Source of the DNA: Alphaproteobacteria bacterium
GTDB taxonomy: Bacteria > Pseudomonadota > Alphaproteobacteria > UBA7985 > JAUIBT01
Assembly (NCBI GenBank): GCA_030428565.1
Contig: JAUIDR010000009.1
Coordinates: 9,986 to 73,985 of the forward strand
DNA length: 64,000 nt
Reading direction: 5' to 3'
Below, piece by piece: positions 9,873 to 19,227 of the stretch. How positions within the stretch are numbered: the stretch's first letter is position 1; each line of letters begins with the position of its first letter. The notes under the pieces are model-generated. The model was not told the origin of the DNA and searched no databases. It was given only the letters and a program-made list of their open reading frames with translations. Made by a program: the position numbers and the translations under genes.

Positions 9873-10826
9873 ATGAAATTTGATCTCAAAGATGCTTTGC
9901 GCCGCCACGGCCTTTTGTTGGCATTTGGGGTGTTTTTGCTCGCGGTTGCCGCAAATGCTGATGCTTTTCTAACGCTCGGCAATATTTTGGACGTCCTGCG
10001 TCAAGTCTCGATCACCGGGATGATGGCCTTGGGTGTCACTTTCGTGGTTTTGACCGGTCGTCTTGATTTGTCAGTTGGCTCATTACTAACGCTGCTGACT
10101 GTGATCGTTGTCGATCAGCACAACCAATCGGGCGCCGCCGCGGCTATCGTCATGACACTGGCCGCCGGCCTAGCTGTCGGCGCTTTCAACGGCTTTCTAG
10201 TTGGTTTTGTTGGCCTAAATGCCTTGATCGTCACGCTGGCCATGCTGTCGTTTCTGCAAGGATTGGTGCTGTTTTATTCGGGCGGATCGAACGTCAACAT
10301 CCCCAATGCCCAGGAGACCTGGTTCGCCGTGTTCGGGCGTGGCGATTTCATGGGGCTCCCTGTTCCGGTCATTTTATTTGTCGTCGCCGGCATCATTGCC
10401 GGGGCGATCCTGCGCTTTACCACCTTTGGCCGAAAGGTCTACGCCGTGGGCGGCAACCAGACCGCCAGCGTCTTTTCCGGTATTGATTCCCGTTGGGCGG
10501 TCTTTTGGACCTACGTAATCTCGGGCCTGACCACAGGATTGGCGGCCATTATCATGGGGAGCCGGGTCATGGGCGCACAAAACACAATCGGGCAGGGCTA
10601 CGAGCTAACCGTCCTTGCCGGGGTCATTCTAGGCGGAACCTCACTGCTCGGCGGAAGAGGCAGCATCTTCCGAACAATGATCGGCATCGCAATGCTCGGA
10701 TTTATCCAAAATGGACTTTTGTTGCTGTCCTTCCCCTATTACGTCCAGTGGATTGTGACCTGGGCGGTTATCATCCTGGCCGTATGGATCGACATTGGCG
10801 CTAAGCGTGGAAGGATTTTCGCATGA
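9873..10826 (+). CDS. sugar ABC transporter permease (RbsC-like)
   Basis: It is a multi-TM protein with conserved branched-chain/ribose-type permease motifs. The start was chosen at MKFDLK, not the track start at 9807. Confidence 0.8.
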   Translation: MKFDLKDALRRHGLLLAFGVFLLAVAANADAFLTLGNILDVLRQVSITGMMALGVTFVVLTGRLDLSVGSLLTLLTVIVVDQHNQSGAAAAIVMTLAAGLAVGAFNGFLVGFVGLNALIVTLAMLSFLQGLVLFYSGGSNVNIPNAQETWFAVFGRGDFMGLPVPVILFVVAGIIAGAILRFTTFGRKVYAVGGNQTASVFSGIDSRWAVFWTYVISGLTTGLAAIIMGSRVMGAQNTIGQGYELTVLAGVILGGTSLLGGRGSIFRTMIGIAMLGFIQNGLLLLSFPYYVQWIVTWAVIILAVWIDIGAKRGRIFA

Positions 10827-11797
10827 CTCTTGTCTCAAATTCTCGCAGCGACACCTTCCTGGCTGTCCTTGGTCGCTGGCTGCTCCGCAACCACATATGG
10901 AGCTTCTTCGCGCTAACCGTAATCGTATTTTCCTTATCCAGCCCTTTCTTTCTGACCGTCAACAACCTGGGCAATATCCTGACCCAAGGCGCCTTCATCG
11001 GCATCCTTGCGGTCGGCATGACAATGGTGATGATCGACGGTGAAATCGACCTATCCGTTGGTGCGGTCTTGGCCATGGCTTCAGCGCTTGCCATCGGGCT
11101 GCAAGATCACATTGGAGTGTGGCCCGCCGTCCTGGTCGGCCTGGCATCCGGCGCTGCACTGGGGTTTTTCAACGGCACGTTGGTTGCTCTGTCCGGCATG
11201 CATTCGTTTGTCGTTACCTTGGGCGGCCTGATCGGCATCCGGGGGCTAGTCTTCATCTACACGGGTGAAAATGCACTGATGGTGACGGACTTCTCCTACA
11301 CAGAGATTCCTGAAGTCTACTTGGGCCCGCTGTCTATGACCGCAATTTTGTTTTTTGCTTTGGCCCTGTTTTTCCAGTGGGTATTGACCAGCACCCGCCA
11401 CGGACGCGAGACCTACGCGGTCGGTGATAACGTCGAAGCGGCCTACGATTCAGGGATCAATGTCAAACGGCACAAGATCATCAACTTCACGATTTGCGGT
11501 ACCATGGCTGCAATATGTGGGATTTTGCTGTCGATGCGACTGGGGACCGCCGAACCCAACGCCGGCAAAGTATGGGAACTCTGGACCATTATCGCGGTGG
11601 TGCTGGGCGGTACACGTTTGATCGGCGGCTACGGCAGCATGTGGATGACCATTGGCGGCGTGCTGACCTTGGCGGTGCTGCGCAATGGCTTGCGGCTTTT
11701 AAATACGCCCAACTACGTTGAATTGATGGTCATGGGCACCGTTTTGATCTTGGCAGTGGCCCTCGACAAACTCCTCAACATGAAGGAGGAAACGTGA
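10823..11797 (+). CDS. sugar ABC transporter permease (RbsC-like), second copy
   Basis: It overlaps the upstream gene by 4 bp (ATGA) and is a multi-TM permease of 324 aa. Confidence 0.8.
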   Translation: MTLVSNSRSDTFLAVLGRWLLRNHIWSFFALTVIVFSLSSPFFLTVNNLGNILTQGAFIGILAVGMTMVMIDGEIDLSVGAVLAMASALAIGLQDHIGVWPAVLVGLASGAALGFFNGTLVALSGMHSFVVTLGGLIGIRGLVFIYTGENALMVTDFSYTEIPEVYLGPLSMTAILFFALALFFQWVLTSTRHGRETYAVGDNVEAAYDSGINVKRHKIINFTICGTMAAICGILLSMRLGTAEPNAGKVWELWTIIAVVLGGTRLIGGYGSMWMTIGGVLTLAVLRNGLRLLNTPNYVELMVMGTVLILAVALDKLLNMKEET

Positions 11798-13302
11798 TGA
11801 ATGACATCATTCTTCAGCTCAGTGGCATCACCAAGACCTTTCCCGGTGTGACCGCACTCGACCAAGTGAGCTTGGATGTGCGCGCCGGGGAAGTGCACGC
11901 GCTCGTTGGCGAAAACGGGGCCGGAAAGTCGACTTTGATGAAAGTATTGGCGGGTCTATACAAGGCCGAACAAGGCGATATTATCTATCAAGGTCGCACA
12001 ACCGATGTGGCTGGCCCGCTCGATGCGAGGCGCAAAGGGATCTTGCTGATTCACCAGGAACTATCCCTGGCACCTGAATTGTCGGTGGCCGAGAATATCT
12101 ATCTTGGCGCCTGGCCCACCAATCGTTTCGGGGTACTAAAGAAGCGCGAATTGCGCAGCAAGGCCCAAGCGGCGCTGCAAGCCCTGGGCTGCGCCTTTGG
12201 CCCCGATGTGCGCGTGGGCACATTGTCGGTCGCCATGCAGCAGATGGTCGAGATTGCCCGCGCAGAAGCCTTTAGTGCCAGCGTTGTAATCTTTGATGAG
12301 CCAACGGCTTCCCTGACAGACACCGAAAAGGAACAACTGTTCCACACCATTCGCAGCCTCAAGGCGCGCGGCGTTGGGATAATCTATATCTCCCACAAGA
12401 TGGACGAGATCTTTCAAATAACCGATCGCATCACGGTTTTACGCGACGGGCAGGTGCAAGGCACGCTGGAGACCGCACAATCGGATGTCAACCAAGTCAC
12501 CCGCATGATGATAGGGCGCACGCTCGATACCTACTTCGTCAAAGCCAAGGCGGATTTCGGTGCAGAGGTCTTGCGCGTTGAGGGTTTGTCGAAGGCCGGG
12601 TTGTTCAACGACGTCTCCTTTTCTGTGCGCGAAGGCGAGGTGCTAGGGCTATATGGATTGGTGGGCGCCGGACGCTCGGAAGCTGTCGAGACCGTGTTTG
12701 GTGTTCGGCGCGCCGACAGCGGTCAGCTCGTCTGGAAAGGCGGGGTCATCGCGCCGCCGACGCCGCGCCAGGCCATCGATATGGGCATGGCATTGGTGCC
12801 CGAGAGCCGAAAGGAACAAGGTTTGGTATTGATGATGGGCGGGCGCGAAAATACCTCCCTGCCCCACTTGTCTTTGTTTTCGGCTTTGTCGGTCATGAAC
12901 CGAGCCAAAGAGCTGGCGACGTTTGAAAAATACCGATCTGCCCTTTCGATCAAGACTACAGGCCCGGATCAGGAAGTCTCTCAACTCTCGGGCGGCAATC
13001 AACAGAAGTTCGTTCTGGCTAAATGGCTCTGCGCTGGACCCAAGCTGATCATTCTTGATGAGCCAACACGCGGCATCGATGTCGGCTCAAAATCCGCAAT
13101 TCACGAGCTGATCGCGGAACTGGCAGAACAAGGTCTTGCCGTCATTGTTATCTCGTCTGAAATGCCCGAGGTCTTGGGCGTCAGCCACCGCGTCCTTGCC
13201 ATGTCAGAAGGCGAAATTGTGGGCTCTTTCGAGGGCCAGGAGATGAACGAGGAAAACCTCATCGATGCGGTATCCTACCACCGCCAAAGCGCTGTTGGGT
13301 GA
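11794..13302 (+). CDS. sugar ABC transporter ATP-binding protein (RbsA-like, duplicated ATPase domains)
   Basis: It has two NBDs with Walker A GENGAGKST, an LSGGQQQ signature and a second LSGGNQQK signature. It is 502 aa. Confidence 0.88.
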   Translation: MMNDIILQLSGITKTFPGVTALDQVSLDVRAGEVHALVGENGAGKSTLMKVLAGLYKAEQGDIIYQGRTTDVAGPLDARRKGILLIHQELSLAPELSVAENIYLGAWPTNRFGVLKKRELRSKAQAALQALGCAFGPDVRVGTLSVAMQQMVEIARAEAFSASVVIFDEPTASLTDTEKEQLFHTIRSLKARGVGIIYISHKMDEIFQITDRITVLRDGQVQGTLETAQSDVNQVTRMMIGRTLDTYFVKAKADFGAEVLRVEGLSKAGLFNDVSFSVREGEVLGLYGLVGAGRSEAVETVFGVRRADSGQLVWKGGVIAPPTPRQAIDMGMALVPESRKEQGLVLMMGGRENTSLPHLSLFSALSVMNRAKELATFEKYRSALSIKTTGPDQEVSQLSGGNQQKFVLAKWLCAGPKLIILDEPTRGIDVGSKSAIHELIAELAEQGLAVIVISSEMPEVLGVSHRVLAMSEGEIVGSFEGQEMNEENLIDAVSYHRQSAVG

Positions 13303-14477
13303 AGAGCATGACACAGGTAGGCAAGACACAGGTAGGCATGGCACAAAATAGCTCTAAAACTAGCGTTGGCATCGGCTTGATCGGCTCCGGCTTTATGGGG
13401 CGCTGCCACGCCAACGCCTTTACGGCTGTCGCGGGCCTGTTCGATCTGCCGATGACGCCGGTCAAACAGGTTCTTGCCGACCACAGCCAGGAAGCGGCCA
13501 ACGCGGGCGCACGCGCGCTTGGCTTCGCCCAGGCAACCGCTGATTGGGAAGCGTTAATCGCAGACAAAGCGGTTGACATCGTGGCCATTACCGCGCCGAA
13601 CGCCCTGCACGAGCCAATGGCTCTGGCCGCCATCGCGGCAGGCAAGACCGTTTATTGTGAAAAGCCGTTGTCAACCACTGCGGCTTCAGCGCTGACCATG
13701 ACAAAGGCCGCCGAGGAAGCGGGCGTCGTGACCTGTGTTGGCTTCAATTTCTTACGAAACCCCATGCTGCGACTGGCGCGCGAGATCATCCAAGCCGGTG
13801 AAATCGGTGAGATCACGGGCTTTCGCGGCCGTCATGCTGAAAACTACATGTCTGACCCAGACACCCCGCACTCGTTTCGCACCGATCCTGAGGGCGGCGG
13901 CGCGCTCGCCGACATTGGCAGCCACATCATATCGATGGCGCGCTTTTTGATTGGTCCCATCGTCGAGGTCAGCGCCGACTGTCAGACCATCTTTGCTGAT
14001 CGTCCCGTGCGCGCCGGATCTACGCAGCGGCGGCCCGTGGTCGTCGATGACGTGACCCATGCCTTGGTCCGCTTTGATAGCGGTGTCTTGGGCAGCCTAG
14101 AGGCCAATTGGGCCGCAACCGGACGCACCATGGATCTGTCCTTTGAAGTGACCGGAACGCGAGGCGCGGTTGCCTTTTCGCAAGAACGTATGAACGAACT
14201 GCATCTGCATACCGGCCAGGGCGGCCGCGCGGGCTATCGCCGCATCGAAGCCGGCCCCGACCACGAGCCATACGGGCGCTTCTGTCCGGCGGCGGGCCAT
14301 CATCTTGGTTTCAATGATCTGAAGATTATCGAAGTTGCGGATTTGCTCATGGCGCATGCCACTGGCGGCGCCTGTTCTCCCGATTTCCGCGAAGCCTGGC
14401 GGGTTCAGCAAACGGTCGAGGCCATGCAAGCGTCATCGCAAGAACGCCGTTGGCTCTCGGTCGATAAGGCAAGCTAA
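13299..14477 (+). CDS. Gfo/Idh/MocA-family oxidoreductase
   Basis: Contains the Rossmann sequence IGLIGSGFMGRCHANA and the CEKPL motif. Its start overlaps the ATPase stop by 4 bp, which suggests translational coupling. Confidence 0.8.
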   Translation: MKSMTQVGKTQVGMAQNSSKTSVGIGLIGSGFMGRCHANAFTAVAGLFDLPMTPVKQVLADHSQEAANAGARALGFAQATADWEALIADKAVDIVAITAPNALHEPMALAAIAAGKTVYCEKPLSTTAASALTMTKAAEEAGVVTCVGFNFLRNPMLRLAREIIQAGEIGEITGFRGRHAENYMSDPDTPHSFRTDPEGGGALADIGSHIISMARFLIGPIVEVSADCQTIFADRPVRAGSTQRRPVVVDDVTHALVRFDSGVLGSLEANWAATGRTMDLSFEVTGTRGAVAFSQERMNELHLHTGQGGRAGYRRIEAGPDHEPYGRFCPAAGHHLGFNDLKIIEVADLLMAHATGGACSPDFREAWRVQQTVEAMQASSQERRWLSVDKAS

Positions 14478-14891
14478 CGCCCGCTGCCCTTTTGGGTGAA
14501 TTTTAAAGCAACGGCCGCCAGACTCGCCCCAAAACACACATACTCCAAAGGCACGCCGTTCTGGCGCTGCCTTGCTATGGGCGCTGCATTGCTAGGGGAG
14601 GTGCCTTGCTGGGGCCGTTGCTTGTCGACGGCCAAGCGAGCCCCTGACGTGCGGCCATTTGCGAGCCCCAGGCTACAGTCGCAGCCGCTCTGTTTGCCTC
14701 CCCTACAAAAACCACGCTGAAGCTGGTCCGCGCCCAGTATGGCAGCTTGTCCATTGCGCGCGACCGGGCGGTGTCGGCTTGGCTAATCTTTATGCATCAT
14801 CGAAATTAATAACTATCATGAAAACTATCAATTTGAATAAATTGAGCCCGCATGCGAGCCTCCAATTGAGCCTTGGTGCAAGAAAAGGAGC

Positions 14892-15770
14892 ATGGTTATG
14901 GGAGATGCTACGGTAGGGCTGGACCGTCGTCCGGTACTATTGCTGACCCCTGCCTTTTTCGCGATCATCGCACTCGTCGTGATCCCCATGGCCTTTATCC
15001 TCGTTTACTCATTTTATGAGAACATCGACCTTGCCGTTGATAAGGTCGCCTTTCAATTCGGCAATTGGAAGGAAGTAGCGACCGACAGCTACTACCACAA
15101 TGCGATTTGGAAGACGCTCAGAATATCGCTCACCGTGACCGTATTGGCCGCCCTCTTGGGCTATATTCCCGCCTATTTCATCGCCATGACCAAGTTCCGT
15201 CACAAGTGGCTCTTGCTTTTACTTCTGATCCTGCCGTTTTGGGTCAGCTTCATCATCCGCACCTTGAGCTGGATCCACATTCTGGGCAACCAAGGCGCGC
15301 TGAACGGCCTGTTTGTCACCTTGGGGCTGGTGGGCGAGCCCATCCGCATGATGTTCAATGAATTCTCCGTCATGCTGGGCCTCGTGCACGTCTTCCTACC
15401 CTACATGATCCTCAATATTTACGTCAGCCTGGAGGGTATCGACGGCAACCTAGAGCCCGCCGCACGCACGCTGGGCGCCAAACCCTGGCAAGCCTTCAAG
15501 GAAGTGACCTTGCCGCTGTCTATGCCGGGTCTGGCAGCCGGCAGCCTGTTGGTCTTCGTTCTAACCGGCGGCTCCTATGTGACGCCGCTGATTCTGGGCG
15601 GCCCGAGCGATTTCTTGTTCGGCAACCTGATCTATGATGCGGTTGTGACCGAGTTGAATTGGCCGATGGGCGCGACCTTGTCCTTCACACTGTTGGTGCT
15701 TTTGGGGGCTGTCGTGGTGATCTACAGCCGATTTATGGGCCTCAACCAGCTATCCAAAGCATTCGGGTAG
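14892..15770 (+). CDS. ABC transporter permease, PotB/PotH-like (polyamine-type)
   Basis: It is a 6-TM permease with an EAA-like loop. The RBS AAGGAG at 14885-14890 favours the ATG at 14898 as the true start. Confidence 0.75.
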   Translation: MVMGDATVGLDRRPVLLLTPAFFAIIALVVIPMAFILVYSFYENIDLAVDKVAFQFGNWKEVATDSYYHNAIWKTLRISLTVTVLAALLGYIPAYFIAMTKFRHKWLLLLLLILPFWVSFIIRTLSWIHILGNQGALNGLFVTLGLVGEPIRMMFNEFSVMLGLVHVFLPYMILNIYVSLEGIDGNLEPAARTLGAKPWQAFKEVTLPLSMPGLAAGSLLVFVLTGGSYVTPLILGGPSDFLFGNLIYDAVVTELNWPMGATLSFTLLVLLGAVVVIYSRFMGLNQLSKAFG

Positions 15771-15785
15771 GGGGAAGATTAAGCC

Positions 15786-16571
15786 ATGAACGCATGGGTC
15801 TTTATTCGTTTTTATACGATCCTCGTCTACACCTTTATGTTCGCGCCAATCTTCGTGGTGCTATTGCTGGCTTTCAATAGCTCGCAGTTTGGCGGCTTTC
15901 CGATCGAGGGCTTTTCCTTACACTGGTTTGGCGAATTATTCCAAAACGATGCCATCATGCGCGCCTTTCGGACCTCGTTTGCGCTGGGGCTGATGACCGC
16001 ACTGGTCTCGACCGTCATTGGTATCCTCGCCTCTTTGGCGCTGGTGCGTTACCAGTTCCCCGGCAAAGAGTGGGTCACCACCTTTTTGATTTCCCCGGTC
16101 TTGGTGCCCGAAACGGTGCTGGCGGTCGGCCTGTTGATTTTCTTGCGCTGGCTACATATGCCGCGCAGCTTTGCGCTCTTGTTGCTGGGCCACTCCATAA
16201 TCGCGCTGCCGTTCGTTGTCTTGGTGGTGCAGGCCCGCCTGGTCGGCATCCGCAAAGAATACGAGGAAGCCGCGCGCAGCTTGGGTGCCAACCCGGTGCA
16301 GACCTTTTTTCAGGTCACCTTCCCGCTGTTGATGCCCGCGGTCTTCGCCGGTGCTCTTTTCGCTTTCACCATCTCATTTGACAACATCACAGCCACCATT
16401 TTCTGGCGCCCATCGGGCCTGGAAACCGTGCCGACCCAGATCTTTGGAATGCTGCGCCATTCGGTGAGCCCCGAGATCAACGCCCTGGGTTTCGTGATGA
16501 TTTGCATCACCGTTGGCGTGCCACTCTTGGCCGGAGGATTGGCCCGTTATTTTTCTCGCAAGAAAGTCTAA
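15786..16571 (+). CDS. ABC transporter permease, PotC/PotI-like
   Basis: It is a multi-TM permease with an EAA motif region (EEAARSLGANPVQTFFQVTFPL). It is 261 aa. Confidence 0.75.
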   Translation: MNAWVFIRFYTILVYTFMFAPIFVVLLLAFNSSQFGGFPIEGFSLHWFGELFQNDAIMRAFRTSFALGLMTALVSTVIGILASLALVRYQFPGKEWVTTFLISPVLVPETVLAVGLLIFLRWLHMPRSFALLLLGHSIIALPFVVLVVQARLVGIRKEYEEAARSLGANPVQTFFQVTFPLLMPAVFAGALFAFTISFDNITATIFWRPSGLETVPTQIFGMLRHSVSPEINALGFVMICITVGVPLLAGGLARYFSRKKV

Positions 16572-16597
16572 TCCGGCACCATAACAAGGAGACAAAC

Positions 16598-17767
16598 ATG
16601 ACAAAAAAAATGGACGACACCCAACGCTATGAGCGCTTGCGCGAAGCGGTTGGCAACGGCGACATAAGCCGGCGCAGCTTCTTCGGTCTGCTGGGCTCAG
16701 CGGCCATTACCACCGGTCTGACCGGCGGTATCATGACCACCATGGCCAACCAAGCCCGCGCAGCAGGCATGGAGCTGAATTTCGAGGGTTGGGGCGGTAT
16801 CGTCTCTGAGGCCTTGCGCAAGCACGCTTTCAATCCCTATGAAGCGGCGACCGGCAACAAGGTTATCGACGCCACCTTTGGCGGTGAGAACGAAGTTTTG
16901 ACCAAAATCAAAGCGGCCGGCAGCACCAATGGCCACAACATATTGCACTCATCCGGTGTCAATTGGTACAAGCGTTGGGTCGACAATGGCTACGGTGTTG
17001 AACTGAACGAAGACAACATTCCCAACATTAAGAATGTTATGGAATCGATCATCGCGCCCTTCCGCGAAATCACGCCAAACAGCCTGTCTGCCGTGCCCTA
17101 TGACTACGGCACAACCGGTATTGCCTACAACACCAAGTACGTATCCGAAGAAGAAGCCATGGCGCTTGGCGCTGACCTGCTGCTGAAGAAAGATCTGAAG
17201 GGCAAGATTGGCGGCTGGGGTGGCGACTGGGCCAACCGGGCTTGGTACGGCGCTCTGCAATCGGGCCAAGACCCCAACAACATCCAAGACTGGGATGCAG
17301 TCTGGGACAAGGCGCGCGAACACCGCGATTTGGTGCTGAAGTACTGGGGCTCTGGCGCGGAATTGATGGACCTGCTGGCTAAGGAAGAAATCTACGTTAC
17401 CGAGGCTTGGTCTGGACGCGTCGCGGCGCTGAAGAAGCAGGGCCATCCGATTGCCTACATGGATCCGCCGAACGGCTTGGCTTGGATGGAGTCCATGTTC
17501 GTGCTGAAGGGTTCGCCCGTCGCGGCAGCCGAGGAGCTGTTGAACTTCATGCTGGCACCAGAGACCGCCATCGCCGTTGCGGCTGGTCAGAACTACCCGT
17601 CCTCTTTGGATCCGACCAAGGTCGAAATGCCCGAGAGCGTATCTTCGCTGCCCGCTTTCGACCCGACCGGCAAGCTGGAAGGCCTGGTGTTCCGTGATCC
17701 GATCAAGTGGAACGCTGCCGAAAAGGATCAGTCCAAGAAATGGAACCGCGTCAAGAAGGGCGCCTAA
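16598..17767 (+). CDS. ABC transporter substrate-binding protein, PotD/PotF-like, Tat-signal
   Basis: An RBS AAGGAG lies 7 nt upstream of the ATG at 16598. The twin-arginine signal is SRRSFFGLLGSAAITTG. The track ORF began at a TTG at 16502. Confidence 0.75.
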   Translation: MTKKMDDTQRYERLREAVGNGDISRRSFFGLLGSAAITTGLTGGIMTTMANQARAAGMELNFEGWGGIVSEALRKHAFNPYEAATGNKVIDATFGGENEVLTKIKAAGSTNGHNILHSSGVNWYKRWVDNGYGVELNEDNIPNIKNVMESIIAPFREITPNSLSAVPYDYGTTGIAYNTKYVSEEEAMALGADLLLKKDLKGKIGGWGGDWANRAWYGALQSGQDPNNIQDWDAVWDKAREHRDLVLKYWGSGAELMDLLAKEEIYVTEAWSGRVAALKKQGHPIAYMDPPNGLAWMESMFVLKGSPVAAAEELLNFMLAPETAIAVAAGQNYPSSLDPTKVEMPESVSSLPAFDPTGKLEGLVFRDPIKWNAAEKDQSKKWNRVKKGA

Positions 17768-17774
17768 TCCATTG

Positions 17775-17819
17775 GCTAGCGCCCTTTGCGGCCTTTGTCT
17801 GCCGTCGGCGGGCGCTAGC
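17775..17819 (+). terminator. strong intra-operon stem-loop (10-bp stem GCTAGCGCCC/GGGCGCTAGC, 25-nt loop), attenuator-like
   Basis: A perfect inverted repeat lies immediately after the SBP stop, inside the 310-bp gap before the ATPase gene. It has no clear U-tract. Confidence 0.4.
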
Positions 17820-18077
17820 GCCTTCACTTTGGGGGCAAAATTCACCCGAGAAATCTGCGGCCTCCTTGCCTCAATTTCTTGGGTTTTGCGCCCCTTGCAT
17901 GGCCGTGTTGCACGTCGCGGAGCCAAACAAGACTGGCCCCGCAGACCCGCGTTCGTACAAATCGCGCGGTACGTCAGCGACGCACCACGACGATCCCGGT
18001 TCGCGCGGCCAAACCGCGCGCACCCAAAGACCACCCTTACAGACACCTTCCCGTCAAGAGTCCGGAGATGACGCGCT

Positions 18078-19151
18078 ATGGCTCGTGTTGACCTGCAGAA
18101 CATCACAAAATCATTCGGGGCCTTCAAAGCCATCCACGGAGCCACGGCCACCTTTGAAGAGGGCTCGTTCACAACCCTTCTGGGACCATCGGGCTGTGGC
18201 AAGACCACGCTCTTGCGCATGATCTCAGGCCTAGAGACCCCGACTAGCGGGGATATCAACATCGCGGGCCGACGCATCAATGATGTCCCGATCCACAAGC
18301 GCAATTTGGGTCTCGTCTTCCAAAACTACGCCTTGTTCCCGCACCGCAACATCGCTGAAAATATCGCCTTTGGTCTGAAATACCGCGATGTGCCGAAGTC
18401 TGACATTCCCGCCAAGGTCAAAAACGCCTTGGACATCGTGCGTTTGCCAGGTGTCGAAGAGCGCTACCCCAGCCAGCTGTCGGGCGGACAACAACAGCGC
18501 ATCGCGATGGCGCGGGCCATTGTGATCGAGCCCGACGTTTTGTTGTTGGACGAGCCGCTGTCGGCGCTGGACGCCAACCTGCGCGATGAAATGCGGGTCG
18601 AATTGAAGGCCATCCAGGATCGCATCGGCGTGACATCCATTTTTGTCACCCACGATCAGTCCGAAGCCCTGGCTATGTCGGATAAAATCATCGTAATGAG
18701 CTCTGGCCATATCGAACAAATCGGGTCGCCTGAAGAGGTCTATAACCACCCCGCCTCCGAGTTTGTCGCTGGCTTTTTGGGGACGTCCAACATTCTGGAT
18801 GTCGCAGTGATCGAACGGAACAACGACAGCGTGACCCTGGACATTCCGAATTTCGGCAAAGCACAAATTCCCCTCGCACAAGCGAGCGGACTGGGCGATG
18901 CCAGCAAAGGGCGCATCGTTATGCGCGCCGAAAAGTTACAGCTCACGGACAGCGCCGCGCCCGAAGGCGCTCCATCCGCCAAAGCGCGGGTTGAGGCGGT
19001 GGATTACCAAGGCCAATTGGCCCGCTATTTTGTGCGGATCGGCGAATTGCAGCTCCAGGTCATCAACATGATCGAAGGCCGCCCCTTTAGCCAGGGCGCC
19101 GAGGTGACTGTTACCCTGTCGCCCGACGATTGCACGGTCTTGGCGGCCTAG
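18078..19151 (+). CDS. ABC transporter ATP-binding protein, PotA-like
   Basis: Contains Walker [10 protein letters not shown], the signature [14 protein letters not shown] and a C-terminal TOBE-like domain. It is 357 aa. Confidence 0.88.
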   Translation: MARVDLQNITKSFGAFKAIHGATATFEEGSFTTLLGPSGCGKTTLLRMISGLETPTSGDINIAGRRINDVPIHKRNLGLVFQNYALFPHRNIAENIAFGLKYRDVPKSDIPAKVKNALDIVRLPGVEERYPSQLSGGQQQRIAMARAIVIEPDVLLLDEPLSALDANLRDEMRVELKAIQDRIGVTSIFVTHDQSEALAMSDKIIVMSSGHIEQIGSPEEVYNHPASEFVAGFLGTSNILDVAVIERNNDSVTLDIPNFGKAQIPLAQASGLGDASKGRIVMRAEKLQLTDSAAPEGAPSAKARVEAVDYQGQLARYFVRIGELQLQVINMIEGRPFSQGAEVTVTLSPDDCTVLAA

Positions 19152-19212
19152 ACCCGACCGCGGGCATTTCTACCGCCCCATCGGCCTTTCCGCTAGACAG
19201 GCCTAGGCGCGC

Positions 19213-19227
19213 GTTCTACTTTCGTGC
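19213..19227 (+). promoter_or_regulatory. weak candidate alphaproteobacterial LexA (SOS) box GTTC-N7-GTGC overlapping the uvrB start region
   Basis: The sequence GTTCTACTTTCGTGC has one mismatch to the GTTC-N7-GTTC direct-repeat consensus and lies directly upstream of the uvrB ATG codons. Confidence 0.2.

Noticed and set aside
14759-14890. Direct repeat AACTATCA x2 and AT-rich stretch upstream of the PotB-like permease gene
   Set aside because: It is too short and unsupported to call a regulator site. It is probably just the promoter/UP-element region.
16949-18304. 451-aa minus-strand ORF overlapping the PotD-like SBP gene, the intergenic stem-loop and the PotA-like ATPase gene
   Set aside because: It is antisense to two well-supported genes with strong domain signatures. 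It has no recognisable domains. Long stop-free antisense frames are expected at this GC content.
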